The notes under the pieces were generated by a model. That model was not told the DNA's origin, searched no databases, and saw only the letters and a list, made by a program, of their open reading frames with translations. A stretch of 64,000 bases of DNA from the human T2T-CHM13v2.0 reference genome, Homo sapiens. Position numbers and translations under genes: made by a program. Location of the stretch: NCBI RefSeq assembly GCF_009914755.1, contig NC_060936.1, one strand, 5' to 3'. This document shows, one piece after another, positions 1 through 14,379 of this stretch (within the stretch, counting starts at the first letter, position 1; the number at the start of each line of letters is the position of its first letter).

Positions 1-2324
1 ATCTATTGAGTATCTGTTATGGCCCCTGCAGCACAGTATGGACCAAATATAAGTAAGATATGGATCCAGTGTGTTAGAAACTTAATCTAATCAAAGAGAA
101 CCAGTATGAAGTAGGTTCAGAATCAGAGGACATGAAAGGGAAATGAGCAACTTTCTGGTTCTTATTCTTTTTCCTTTCAGCAATTAGAACTACAAAGAGC
201 CCAAAAGGTATGTAAAGTATTAGAAGACTTATTCAGAAAAGATTTTCACAAGATGATCCTTAGGAACTCAATTTCGGAGAATTCAACAATGTTGCATTGC
301 AAAGTATCAACCAATAACAAATCTGGATGTTGATTTCTTTTCCATTTGAGTGAACACTTGAGAACAATGGTTTCTCGTAGGTCAGCCTCCAAAACAACAA
401 CATCAAACAGATACACGCCATTTCTGGTTTAGGTTCAAGGGTCTGATTAAAGAAAGCGTTTTAAGTTGTGAAGTGTATTTTATGACATACCAACATGTAA
501 AATTGCACCACTTATGAATAACTACTTATTAACTAATGAAACAAGAGAAGGTGTATATTTGAGAATAAAAATCAAAAGAACCACAAGGATGGGGGAGGGT
601 GTGGTACGCAAGGAATGCAGATCTCCATCTAGAGCTCAGTTCCGAGAGAGTCCTTTCCTAGCAGAGGCAAAGATGAGGTTGGGATTTTTGACTCTGGATA
701 ATTTCTTAGTGTTATAAATCACTCCAGATTTCTAAACTATACTGAGAATAAATAAGAAGTGATTCCATGACTTTATTTTATGACAATAAATTCAGTTGAA
801 TGTGCCACAGTGATCTAAACTGTTCAAGGCAGAACAACTTTGAAACACTCTAATCTCATAACCAAACAGAGTTGAAGAACAGTAGTCTCTATACTCCCCG
901 ATCCAAAAAGTGGGGGTTGAAGGGGTGGAATTCCAGAACCTTAGTAACTACAACTTCTGCTCATTTTCAAGCAACTCCTACACAAGCAAAAATACCTATA
1001 AAGAAGAGTAACGCCTAAACATCAAGAGGTTACTTAGAGTTTACTCAAACTTTTTGGAAAAGCCAAATTGGGCTACAAATCCCTGGAGACATAGTTTGCC
1101 TCTGTTCTTTTTGGCTTTCACTCCATGAAAAGAACAATAATTAGAGAAAGTGTCATTGACTTAAAAATGTCATTTTTTAGTTGAAAATTAAAACACTTCC
1201 CCCAAATTCTTCCTTAGCATCCCCAAATTATCCAACTTCACTCTTATGTCTAAGGAAGTGAAAATTCCAGGTATTTTGACTGTCTGGCTCAGCTTACCCT
1301 AACTTCGCAATTTCCAGGTAACTTATGTAATGTTACTGGGAGTAGCAGAAGAGAAACAAAACAACTATACAAAAAAGCCTAGAGGGATTTTTCTATTTGG
1401 CTGGTTAAAATGTTCAGAATTATTTAAGAGTTGGAAAAGAAACAATAAACCACACCCTCAATGGGCTCTAGTCTGAATTCCACCATTCGTTTATACCGTG
1501 TTTTCCAATCCAAGATTTCAGCGTATTAATGAGAATAAAAGAGCACCCAAAGAATGCATTGGTGTCAGCTAAGCTTGCTTGAAATCAAACTTCTAAAACA
1601 TAACTTGGTTTAAGAACACAGCCTGAATTTATTACTTACACCTTGCTCTTTATGAATATACAAGTTCTACTGGCTTCTTCCCAAGAACAAAAGCTCATCT
1701 CCCCACTATTTGTGGTTTCTACAAGCGCCACTAAGCATGGAATCTGTTATGACACAGAGCTGTCCTAGACTTTGTACAGGAGGAATTTGTTAGAAAATGA
1801 TCTCACTTATAACACAGTCCTCCAACAAAGACACTGAATGATGAGGCTGCAAGGTATATTTACAAATGTATAAAATGAAAGTTATAGGTCACTGTACAAT
1901 CTACAGCTAGGCTATGGTTTCTCATATAATTTTACAGTTGAATCAATCATGAAGGAAAATTAATAAGATGTATCTAGATTGTTACTGTTTACCAAATGGC
2001 TGCATCTCTCTCTCCAAAAATACTATTTGCTGAATAAATGGCTACAAGGGGAAAAAAAGCAGAAATTTTTGTTTGAGTATGTTTATTTTTAAAAAAGTAT
2101 GTTCCTGAGTTTCACCTTATTAACTGTTAATGGAACCTTCCTAAGATGCCAGGCAGAGTGTCAAAGAGGTCAAGGATGGATTTTAGAGCCAGACAGAATT
2201 TCAACAAAAGCCTTCTGACAGCGAGGTGTAGAGGGTCTTCATCCTAATGTTTTTTTAGAGTTTGCCAGGCCAGGCATCATTCTCAGTGTTTCAAATGGAT
2301 AATTTCAGTTAAAACTGAGGACAG

Positions 2325-3011
2325 AAAAAACAACAGATGCTGGCAAGGTTATGAAGAAAAAGGAATGATTTTACACTGTTGGTGGGAGTGTAAATCAATT
2401 CAACCATTGTGGAAGACAGTGTGGTGATTCCTCAAAGATCTAGAGGCAAAAATACCACTTGACCCAGCAATCCCATTACTGAGTACACACCCAAAGGAAT
2501 ATAAATCATTCTCTTATAAAGATACATGCATGCATAAGTTCATTACAGCACTATTCACAACAGACAAGACATGGAATCAACCCAAATGTCCATCAATGGT
2601 AGACTGGATAAAGAAAATGTGGTACATATGCACCATGGCATATTATGCAGCCATAAAAAGAATGAGATCATATCCTCTGCAGGGACATGGATGGAGCTGG
2701 AGGCCATTATCTTCAGCAAACTAATGCAGCAACAGAAAACCAACACTGCACGTTCCCACCTATAGATGGGGGCTGAATGATGAGAACACAAGGACACATG
2801 GGGGTGGGGAGGACAACACACACTGAGGCCTGTCTGAGGGTGCAGCAGGAGGAGGGAGAGCATCAGAAAGAATAGGTAATGGATGCTGGGCTTAATACCT
2901 TGGTGATGGGATAATTTGTGCAACAAACCACCATAGCACATGTTTACCTATGTAACAAATCTGAACATCCTGCATATGTACCCCAGAACTTAAAATGTAA
3001 AAAAAAAAAAA
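2325..3011 (+). mobile_element. L1PA (older, PA13-16-like) 5'-truncated 3' end with poly(A), inserted into a MIR
   Basis: ORF2 C-terminal remnant (track peptide FITALFT..KTWNQPKCPSMVDWIKKMW), L1 3'UTR and A-tail; degenerate TSD aaaactgaggacag (2311-2324) / atactcaggacag (3011-3023). Confidence 0.93.
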
Positions 3012-3185
3012 TACTCAGGACAGATTAATAAGGTAAACAATATTATTATCACCCTTTTACTGGTGTGGAAACAAAAGCTAAGAAAGATTAAGTAACTTTC
3101 CAAAGAACTAGCAAATCAGTGATAGGACTGAGTTTCCAATCCAGATAATCTAGGTCCCAAATTCATGCACTAAGACCCTTTGCTG
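3012..3185 (-). mobile_element. MIR (other part at ~2255-2324, split by the L1)
   Basis: tattattatcacccttttac..ggaaacaaaagctaagaaagattaagtaactttccaaag resembles the reverse-complemented MIR core. Confidence 0.7.
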
Positions 3186-3489
3186 TACTGCCTCAGTGGT
3201 AGTAGACCTACATTCCTTCTACCTCTTTCTTTCTCAAAAGATCATGAGCTTGGCCACCATTAAATAGGAGTGTTACAAACTTAGCTCTTTCTGCCTCAGT
3301 AAAGCATTAATTCTAAATACTTATAACAATACATTTTCAGGATCCACTTACCTTTATTCATTCAGCTATTTGACAAATATATACTGACTGCCTCCTATCT
3401 GTGAATGACTCTAATACATAATTCCTACCTAAATAGAGTTTATAATCCACTACTCTAAAAGGACTATACATATGATTATCATAAATGAA

Positions 3490-4090
3490 TTGCAAAGAAT
3501 CAGATCATTACACCCTTCGGCCCAAATCTTCACCAAGAGCTTGGAATCAACACACTTCATGCTGGTTCACAAATCCATACACAATCTGGCCTCTACCCAC
3601 CTCTCTCAGGGTATCGCTTGATTACTACTCCCCTGGCTCACTGTGCTGCAGGTACTTGACCTTCCTCTTATTCTTGGAACACACCAAAATTTCTCCTGGC
3701 ATAGGGACATAGTGCTTGCCGTTTACCTCTTCTCCTAGATTTTCCACAGTTGGCTCCTTCTTTGCATTCAAGTGATGGTGTAATACTGCCTTCTCAAAGA
3801 AGCCCACCCTAACTCACTCAATCTACATGGGCTCATGCTCTCCCTGCACCCTTCAGGTATAGCTCTATCATAGTTCTCTCACTGTATTCACAGCATGCAT
3901 CGCCATCAGAAATTAAGTGTTTTTAAATTGTATTTGCTTGCTCATCGTCTGTTCCCTTATCCTCAGTCAGAGGGCATGGCCCGTGAAACCAGATGTTCAT
4001 TTTTGTGTCCATCCCCATCGTCCCCCCTGCCTGGCGCTAAGAATATTTCCAGGCACACAGGAGATATGAAATACATATTTCTTGGGTGAA
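3490..4090 (+). mobile_element. L2 3' fragment
   Basis: Typical L2 pyrimidine-rich 3' region (acaatctggcctctacccacctctc..ttcttggaacacacc..ccaggcacacaggag..aatacatatttcttgggtgaa). Confidence 0.7.
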
Positions 4091-4094
4091 ATAG

Positions 4095-4500
4095 GGCTGT
4101 AGGGCTTAAGAGGAATGTCTTGCATCTCCTGGACAAGAAAGGTTTTACTAAGTCAACAGCATGAGGTGTGGACTTTGAAAAAGATGTGGCAATTCAGCAA
4201 AGATGGGTGCTATGCGCACCGCAAGGAAAGGGGATAATATGAGCAAATACAAAAGGGAAGGAACCTGGAGCATGCTCAGGAAGGATGGAATAATTCAGTC
4301 TGAATGGTACACATCCAATGTGGGACAAGTAGATTGAGCTAACATTATGGAGGGTCTTCAACAACAGAAGGAAGAATGCTCTGGGCATTGGGGAACCACC
4401 AGAATGTTTATTAGCAAGGAAGTGACTCAGGCAAAGCCTAGCATTGGAAAGATGAAAGGCTGATTTAATAGTCCTAGTCCAGGCGAAGGATGCTAATAAC
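4095..4500 (-). mobile_element. L2 fragment
   Basis: Purine-rich antisense L2 signature (ggcattggggaaccaccagaatg..aagcaaggaagtgac..ggaaagatg). Confidence 0.55.
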
Positions 4501-5769
4501 ACTTTAAAGTCACTCTGATAAAACACTAAAAATCTGCCTTTTTTTTTTTTTTTTTAAATAGAAAACTCCCAAAAGAGAACAGGAAGAGAAGAACTATGAA
4601 CTTAGTGCTGTTAACTATTGGAACAGAAAGTACAATGTTACAAAGTATAAAGTTGAACATGATGATGAAATTTGTTTCTCTAATATCTGTTCAAAAGCCC
4701 TTTGCAAAATAAACACAGATTTTATTATATCAAACCACCCAATGTGACTCATCTCTTTGGAAATGTGTCTCTGGCATATTCTTTCCTCAGGCCTCAAATT
4801 CTTTCAGAAAATCAAGCAGATTAGTGGCCTGATGACAGGACAGAAGTCAGAACTCAAAATCCTAAATCCAGTTCTGCCACCGACTTGCTGCCTGACATAG
4901 AGCTTTGTGTCATTTTTGTATTTATAAACCATCTTTATGTGGTGAGTGTTTTACAAAGTAACGAATCTCTGACTAGGAAGTCATATAAATTTTCAAAATA
5001 ATCACATACATATATTGAAATGAACATAAATTTTTAATGGAGTCCCTTATTAAGTATTCTTGAATTAGCCCGTTCTTGTTTATTTCTCAATCAGGCAGAG
5101 AAAAATAGAAATATTCAGAAGAATACATATATGTGTGAGTGTGTGTGTCTCAGAAACCATGGCTGTGTCCTTAAAAATTCCCAGATAACAGAATTGAAAG
5201 AAAAAAAAGTTTCTTTTTAAACGACATGATGATGTAAACACTAGGAAGTTTAAAATAACACTTGTATAAACTGTTTGAATTGAAGAGAAAAAAACACACC
5301 CCAAAAGAGTTTTGTCAGAATAAAAAGAAAATAAATCCCAAATCCTGACAGCAACATAAAAGCCAACTTCTCCCCCTTCCTTTCATAATGGCTTTTCTAT
5401 TGAGCTTCATTTTGACCTTTCATTACTTTCCCAACATTGAAGAATATTGCCTTTCAAAACGCTCCATTTCTCTGCCTGTTGTACTATTATTCCTTCTCCC
5501 ATTGTTGAGAGTTCTTAGCTACCGCTGTTCCAACATGCAATGCACAATCTTTGGCTTCTCCCAAACAAATATAAACCGGCATTTTTACACACTTTCCACT
5601 TCAAATTCATGCCCTGTATAAAAAGGAAAGACAATAATAAAGCTATAAACATGCCAAGAAACTGGAAACAGAAAAGTTGGTTATCTATTTTCTAGAAAAG
5701 AAACCATCGGTCTTATAATCAATCTATAGCCAATGCACCCTCCCCTCCTCAGCAGCAACAGGATGTGCT

Positions 5770-6025
5770 GTGTATGAAAGAACTCAAACAGCCTGCATTC
5801 ATTAGTCAGAGCCTGGAGGGTGGGGCGGACCCACTGCATGATCTGATTGATAAAGTTTCATTACAAATTAGCCCATCTCTTTGATAAAAACAAGCAAGGC
5901 AGAGACTGTGCCACAATTTTATCCTTATAAATTAGCCTACCAGACAAACACTAAACACAGCTTGCCACATGAGGGGCAAACTAATTTAATTAATTCATAC
6001 ACAGCACCTCATTAAGAGCAGTTTT
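5770..6025. promoter_or_regulatory. Candidate developmental enhancer (homeodomain/PBX/GATA/FOX motif cluster)
   Basis: Non-repetitive; TGATTGAT 5844-5851, GC box 5822-5829, TGATAA twice, TAAACA, TAATTTAATTAATT 5982-5995, several ATTA/TAAT cores. Confidence 0.4.
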
Positions 6026-6326
6026 AGCACCAAGGTTGTGATCTTGTTGAGCTTGCATTATTTTCCACAAAGATGCCCACTTGGTTGTCAGGGATAAAGG
6101 ACCAGGATAGGGGCAAGATATGTGCGTTTGGGTAGTACTTCAACTGGAAAGATCCAGTGCAAAAAAAAAAAAAAATATGTACAAGCTCTATCTTCCCATA
6201 CTCCAAACGCATGTATATAAGACTTTTAACATAAGTCTTCATGTAAATAGGCTATATTTTGCTTTTGCTTTTGTTTAAAAAAAAGTATTCTATACTTAAA
6301 AGTGGTATCAAAAACAAATACATTTC

Positions 6327-6657
<331 letters not shown>

Positions 6658-6989
6658 CTATTTCATATGGTAAATGGAAAAAAAGAAAGAAATTAATTGT
6701 CGATAAAAACTGAAGATGATTACAGGGCTTCCAGAGCATCCTGGGAAAAGACACAGATGTAATGCTCTCCAGTCTCTTCACATCCTGAAAAAAAACACTC
6801 AGCCTGCAATGGGATTCTCAGACCTAATTCTTGGAAACAGCCTTCCAGGCTCCACCTACAAACCTCTAAACACGCCAACTTATGTATTTAATATTTCTTT
6901 ATTGTCATATCACCTTCTAAAATAACATTATTTAAATGAATGCATGGGGCAAGACTTTACTTTCTAAACATTCTCCAGTTGTATGTAGC

Positions 6990-8027
6990 TTCAACCAAGG
7001 AGATTCCATGAAGAAGTGGCCAATTCCAACAATGGGTCAGGGATAATATGAGATAAACCTGGAATATCTCGTGGTACCAGAAAATAAGAAAGTGAGAGAA
7101 AAAGGAAAGGAGCACTTCAAAAGGATATGGGCGTCAAACTGAAGAGTTCCCAATGGGCAAAACTAAAACAATTTGATCAAAAAAATATTATTAGACCATA
7201 AACCATAACACAAAACTAAATATTCATGAATCTACATTGATGGAATATAACCTACTGATAATGGAAATAAATCATTGAGTATATAAACCCATAAATGAGG
7301 AAGAAGGAACAGTTCTTCCTTACAGAAAATTTCCAAATAAATGTAAGATAAAAGGGGGTAATACAAAATCTCCATGAGAATGCTACCATAATAATTACTG
7401 CAAGCAACATCTACCAACGGGTGCTAAAATTGGTGCCGAGAAGAAGCAAATATTTGCATAGTCTCACAGTATTTACCCCAAGATGTTTATTAATTCAATG
7501 GGAAAAAGCAGTAAATTTACGGTGGGGAAATGCAGCAGATACTGCCTTAATCAAATGATCAAGATTAGCATTACCAGTGGTAAAACGAAGTATATCCCCT
7601 GATATGATGCCCTGAGAAAAACACATCAATTTTACGGTATTCTGGCCAAAAGTGCATATCCTCAATCTAATCATGGGAAATCAAACCCAAACCCAGAGGA
7701 ATTTTACAAAATAATTGACTAGCACTCATCAAAGTTGTCAAGATCATGAAAAACAGGGAAAGCTGAAGAATTGTCACACTGGAGGAGAAAAGGAGATGCA
7801 ACAGCTAAATGCACTGTGGGATTCTGGATGGGATCGTGGATCACAAAAATAACATTAGTAGGAAAGCTAGTGAAATTAGAACAAGGTGTGTATGTTTATT
7901 TCCTAGTTTTGGTGACTATACTATGCTTATGTAAGTTGTTATGATTGGCAGAAGCCAAACAAAGCATACAAAAAAAAGTATTATCTCTGTAACTTTTCTA
8001 TAAGTCTAAAATCATGTCAAAAACATT
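6990..8027 (+). mobile_element. Old L1M (L1MC-like) 3' region
   Basis: acctggaatatctc..ccagaaaataagaaagtg; acagctaaatgcactgtgggattctggatgggatc; terminal gtaacttttctataagtctaaaat. Confidence 0.75.
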
Positions 8028-8032
8028 TTTTT

Positions 8033-8156
8033 AGCCAGGCATCATGGCTCACGCCTGTAATTCCAACAAATAGGGAGGCTGAGGCATGAGGGTCACTGGA
8101 AGCCAGAAGTTCAAGTCTAGCTTGAGCAATGACGCATGACCACATCTCTAAAATAA
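8033..8156 (+). mobile_element. Free left Alu monomer (FLAM-like)
   Basis: agccaggcatcatggctcacgcctgtaat..catctctaaaataaa, no right monomer. Confidence 0.8.
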
Positions 8157-8288
8157 AGTAAGTAAAATGAAATGATTTGTTTACAAAGCATAGCTTAAAA
8201 GGATAGTGTGAGGAATTATATAATGAGGCTGAAAAATCTCACTGTAGAACCGCCATAGTCTAAATGAACAATTATCAAGACTGAGCAA

Positions 8289-8766
8289 CTATAAACACAC
8301 ATGCACACGTATGTTTATTGTAGTACTGTTCACAATAGCAAAGACTTGGAACCAACCCAAATGCCCATCAATGATAGATGGGATAAAGAAAATGTGGCAC
8401 ATATACACCAGGGAATACTATGCAGCCTTAAAAAAGGATGAGTTCATGTCCTTTGCAGGTACATGAATGAAGCTGGAAACCATCATTCTCAGCAAACTAA
8501 CTCAGGACAGAAAACCAACCACAGCATGTTCTCACTCATAAGTGGGAGCTGAACAATGAGAACACATGGACACAGGGAGGGCAACATCACACACCAGGGC
8601 CTGTCAGGGGTTGGTGGGTAGGGGAGGGATAGCATTAGAAGAAATACCTAATGTAGATGACAGGTTGATGGGTGCAGCAAACCACCATGGCACGTGTATA
8701 CATATGTAACAAACCTGCACGTTCTGCAAATGTATCCCAGAACTTAAAGTATAATTAAAAAAAAAA
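8289..8766 (+). mobile_element. L1PA (PA7/8-like) 3' end
   Basis: aagacttggaaccaacccaaatgcccatcaatgatag..ggagggatagcattag..aacttaaagtataat plus A-tail. Confidence 0.95.
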
Positions 8767-10609
8767 CAACACATTTTGAGTTTCTCAGAGTAGAAATTCG
8801 AACTCTCTTCCAATCAAATAAGAAGGGTACATAGAGAAAATGTTTTACTTTCTGCAACTCTAGGCCTATTTCCCTGTAGCTTTGCTTCATAGCAGTGTTC
8901 TGAATATAATTAATAATTACTCAAATTAATTGGCCCACTAATTTTTCTACAGAGCTCTTCCAATCATTATTGAACAATTTAACATCAATACTTATGTCCT
9001 TAAAATAGGAATTTATCAGACTATAGGCTACGTCAACAGTTCCATTTGTGCCTATTCTTACAGGACTAACTGGTTAGTCTTCTAAATATGAGCCCCAGTA
9101 AAATCTTTACACTCTTGAAAATAATGTCTTGTCTTCAATATATAAATGTGGGCTTTTAAAAAAATTACATTACAGGTCACTAAAAGGCTTTTCACTTAAA
9201 CCTATACCTAATTCACCGATAAATTTTTTAAGAGAAAAAGTCATTTCCAACAAAATATGCAAATCTACTACTTTAAGAAAAATTAATACTATTCCAGAGA
9301 AACACAAGCATGCCACCATTTCTTTCATGACAATTCTAAAAATTAAAATATATGTACATTATTTTCAAAATGCCTACCATGTTTCCAAAATTGACGTCAA
9401 GTGCAAAAATAGTAGAGAACTATATAAATAAATTGTATAGATAAACATTCAAATAGAACCTACTCTTTCCTTCTTTTTGCATACAATGGCTAATGATATA
9501 AACCTTAATTCTAGTTCCTTTTTCTTTTTTCAACAAAACATTATTTCCTTTGAGTTCACATCTGTCTTGATGAGTGGATTAAGGACCTAGCACACTGATC
9601 CTAAAGCTAATCTAAGCAAGGTGCACTTACAATATTCCCAACCACCCTGGCTACTCTCACTTTTTTTGTTTTTTCATGCCGCATTGAAGATGAGATGCAG
9701 GTGAGGAAAAAAAATACCATATCTATGTAAAGTATCACTACTCAATCCTGGGGTTTGCAATTTTGCATGAAGAGGAAGCAACAACAGATAAAAAGAGACT
9801 AAAACACCAGATTCTTTCTGGGAGATTTTTGGGTTGACTTGTAGCATCAGTAAAAACAGGTTTAAGATCTGACCATGTTATAAACCTATGCCTACATCTG
9901 GAAAAGGCCAGGCAGCCCTATTGTGCCTAATTTTCTTGTTTCATTTTTTTCTTTTAAGATTCAGAAATAATGGCTCAATCTGCTAAATTAGATCAACATC
10001 TGTGTAAAATCAGTATTGGGCTCAACAGAACTTGACTGAAAGCTTATAATGTGGAAAACCTTGAGTTGTATCTGGAACAAAGAAGAACTCACAGAAACAA
10101 AAGGGAAAGTGACATGGGAGCTTGTTGGAGAAAACGATCAATGTAAGAGAAGAGATGTGATGGAAATTAAAAACAAGAATAAGGTGGTGGTTTCTTGAGA
10201 TGTTACTGAATTATGTAACAATTGAAAAAAAATAAGAGCCAGTATGTGTTATGCTTTTCATACGGAACTTCTTTTGAATATGTCCATATTTAGCCATAAG
10301 ATAGATAAACATAATCATCTGAACTTTGTAAACACACCCAGAGAAAACACAGGTGCTCTGATAACAAGAAACTATTCACAGTAACTCACCACTGTTGCAC
10401 AGCTAACTTCACCTACATCTGAGGCAATCAACCAGCCAAGTGGATCAAAAAGCAATTTTCTTAATTTTATGGGCAATTATTACATAACTTCTGAAACCCA
10501 TACGCACTATGAGTCCATCAATTTGTATGTAAATCACTCTCCTAACAGCATATGTCATGCTTCCTTGCTTAGGAGTTTACCACTCCCACGCCTGGAAGGC
10601 CAAGGCTTG

Positions 10610-10675
<66 letters not shown>

Positions 10676-10683
10676 GTGTGCAT
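10610..10683. repeat. Compound (TG)n/(CG)n microsatellite
   Basis: 74 bp of uninterrupted purine-pyrimidine alternation including cgcgcgcg. Confidence 0.97.
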
Positions 10684-11472
10684 CACTGCAGGAGATGAGT
10701 CTAGTGCAACCCCAACCACGGCTTCTGAGAGTTTCCCTACTGTGAACACCTCGCATTATGAATATTTATAGGATTTAAGATTTTTTAGTCTAATGTAACT
10801 CCAGACAATATTTGCCTTGTAAATGGACTTTAAAACTTTTCCTCATGATATACTATTAATAACAGCAATAATAACATGACCACACCCCCTATGTGTGACC
10901 AAAAAATATTAATAGGATAGTAGCATCTTTTTGTAATCTTTTTTATCACTTCACAACAAAACATCAAAATCTTTACATGACAATAGTTACATTTTTAAAA
11001 AATATTATTTTTAATGTCTCCATATTATCCCACTGCTTGGAATACCATAATTTAGCAATGTCCCCTTTTAAAACATTTTCCACTTTTAACTATTACAAAT
11101 ACATGAAGCAAGCAAATCTGGCTGACAATTAACTAGAGATTAAAAAGAAAAAAATAAATTTTGAAACATTCGAAAATGAACACAAATGTTCCAAGAGGCA
11201 CATAAATTTACAAAAAAAAAAAAAGAGAGAGAGAGAGAGATGCAATAATGATTACAAGAAAAGTCTTGTTTGGGGTAGTTTGTGTTTTACTGAATTGCCT
11301 TCAGTAGCATTGCTTTAGGTCCAATCATGCACAGTGAAATGAATTTACAGTTAAAAATTAATATTTTCAATACAACGTGAGACTGATGGTAGGGGTGAAT
11401 ATAGAATTTCATGCAAGGGGAGAGTGGCTATAGTTTGGCTCTGCAGGATTAACAATGGCATCCTACTGATAA

Positions 11473-11905
<433 letters not shown>

Positions 11906-11929
11906 CATGGTATCCAAATGGTCTTAATG

Positions 11930-12716
11930 AATGAAATAAAATTCTTCTTTACAACCCTTAATGAAATAATTGATTTAGGCAATAATCATCAATGGATTAA
12001 ACCATTGGTTCCTCAACAATTGATGGTGACTCTGATGAGGGACAAATGAGGCTGTCACCACTTGAACCCACTGATCAATGTTAACATCCTAAAAATTAGG
12101 TATATAAGTAGATAATTAGGTAGGTAGATGGATGGATAGACTATGGAACCTGAATTTAATCAAACCTCGAAAGCTAATTTATAGTTCTAGGATAGAGATA
12201 CTAGATAGAGAAACAAGTTAAATGACACCACAAGGAGACAAATACAGATTATGGAACACTCTATATGACAACTGACCTACTTTCTGCAACAAGTAAATGA
12301 CATTAATAAAAGAGGAGAACTGTCCTCAAAGAAGAATTATAGATTTAACAAAGTTTAATATGTGGTACTTATTTGGAACATTATTTTAAAAATCTAACTG
12401 TAAAAAAGACTTTTTTGCAACAACTTAGAAATTTTCATTATGTGCAGGGAATTAGATAATCTCAGGGAATTACTGTCAATTTCATTAGGCTTTAAATAAC
12501 ATTGTTATGTACGAAAATGTCCATATTTTTGAAGACACCTATGGAAAGAGGGGTGAAATTGTATGGTATCTTGAATTTGCTTTAAAATACTACAGCAAAA
12601 GAAAAAATTAAAGGAGAGGATGATAAATGAAACAGTATGTCAAAATCTAACATTGAATATAATAATTGTTTATACCTTTCCATCTCCTTCTGTAAATATT
12701 TGAAAATTTCCATAAT
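11930..12716 (+). mobile_element. Ancient L1ME-like 3' region
   Basis: cacttgaacccactgatcaatgttaacatc; aacctgaatttaatcaaacctc; caagttaaatgacaccacaagg; terminal tttgaaaatttccataat. Confidence 0.7.
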
Positions 12717-12744
12717 TTTTTTTTTAGTTTTACCAAGTTATACA

Positions 12745-13835
12745 GGAGAGCCAGCCATGAGTTGAGATGCTATGTACCAGGCAGAGAAAATGGCATCAGT
12801 GAAAACACTGACCCAAGGCAAAGTATGATGTCATCGGAGTGCAGCCTGAGGGTGGGTGGAAGGCAAGGTTGCACAAGGGAGGGCCAGGTTGCAGCAGCCT
12901 CAAGTTCCATGCTAAGGAGCTTGGACTTTACCCTGTAGGATATGGGAAACTAAGCAAGGGTTTTAAGCAGAGACTGATGGGGTTAGATTTACACATGCGT
13001 CTAGACCATCACTCTAGCAGCCCTGTGCAGAGTGGGTTTCAGGAAGACAGTGGAAAGGGGAGCAAACCTGGAGAAAAGAAGCTCAGTGAGAAGCCTACTG
13101 AAAAAACTGCAGACAAAGAACAATAAAGGAGTAAAAGAGAACAGGAATAAGGTAGGGGGCCAGGAATTAGTCACTGGAAGGGAAAGAAAGAATAAGAATC
13201 AAAGCTGGCTTTGAACTTTCTGATGGACTGGTTGACTTTGACACTGAGATACAGAACTCAAGAGGAAAGGCAAACTTGGACATAAAAGGGGTTGGGGGTA
13301 AAGAAAATGGATAAAGTCCATGTTAAGCATGTCAGGTTTGAGATTTCCGTGAGACATCCAAGTGGGATGTGCATCTGCAGCCCAGGGCATCAGTCACAAC
13401 AGAGCTATAGACTGAAGAATCCTCAGAATATATGCAGCAGCTGAAACCCCAAGAATGGATGGAATCATTCACGCTGTGGTCCAGGGCTGTGTCTATCATT
13501 ATCTGGCACCTAGCATGGTGTGGGGCTATAATAATCACTAAATAAATGTTGAGATTGTCCAAAGAGAAGGTGAAGAGGGCAAAGAACAGTGGGCTAAGGG
13601 CAGACCTCTGGAGGCTCAGTGTTAAGGAGTGAAAACATAAAGAGGTCCCCTGAAGGAAATAAATAATAAAGCTCAGACTAAAAGGAGAACAGGGACCATG
13701 CAGCCACAGAAACAGAAAGAACAGAGAATTTCAAGAAAGAATGAGGTGTCAACAGTGTCAAATACAGGGAATGAGGAAAAGAAAGTTCGGAAATTGCCCA
13801 TTCATTGGCCAAAATTGAGGCACCTGATGATCTTA
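12745..13835 (-). mobile_element. L2 fragment(s)
   Basis: ccatgctaaggagcttggactttaccctgtagg..gggttttaagcag; gtttgagatttccgtgagacatccaagtgg; gtgtcaacagtgtcaaat. Confidence 0.75.
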
Positions 13836-14379
13836 GCCTTTACACCAAATCTCAGAGGCAAATGACCTACTTTGCTCATCCTAAAAATAAAGATAAGTAG
13901 CAGCGTGATGGCCAGTCAGTAGACAATGCCACTATTTGTGTGACCATGAGCATGTCACTTAACCTTTCTATTCTTTCCTTATTTTTAAAATGAAGCCTAT
14001 GAACTATATTATCTGTAAGGTTACATTCAATTCTAAAATTCTACAAAAGCAAATCCTTTGGTTTAAAGTGTTCCGAAGATAGTAAGAGCCAAGTGCCCAC
14101 TTTGAGACCCATTACATTTTATGCTGGACTTCTGCTATACTCACTCTCTTTGCTTCATCTTTTTCTCTCCTACCTTTTTTTCCTCCATAGTAGTCTCCCA
14201 GTTGCTTTAGGGGTGAAAGTGATGAAGCTTCTATGAACATAAAAATGACCATGGCATTAAAGGCAAAAAAACCAAAGTGACAGATGAAGAGATATGTCAG
14301 CCTCTGAATTTATTTGTGCCAGTATTTCACAAATAAATAAGATATACTAATAAAGGAGTTTCTAAAATTTTGGGGGGGA

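Noticed and set aside
5380-5640. Strong minus-strand acceptor (tctttcctttttatacag) followed by purine-rich sequence
   Set aside because: No convincing donor at exon-like distance, so an exon cannot be supported.
6700-6800. Minus-strand acceptor (T-run ending tttcag) with an open frame DVKRLESITS
   Set aside because: Only a weak donor follows and the peptide is unrecognised.
10469-10771. ORFs with VCVCVC / HTHTHT runs
   Set aside because: Translation of the TG microsatellite.
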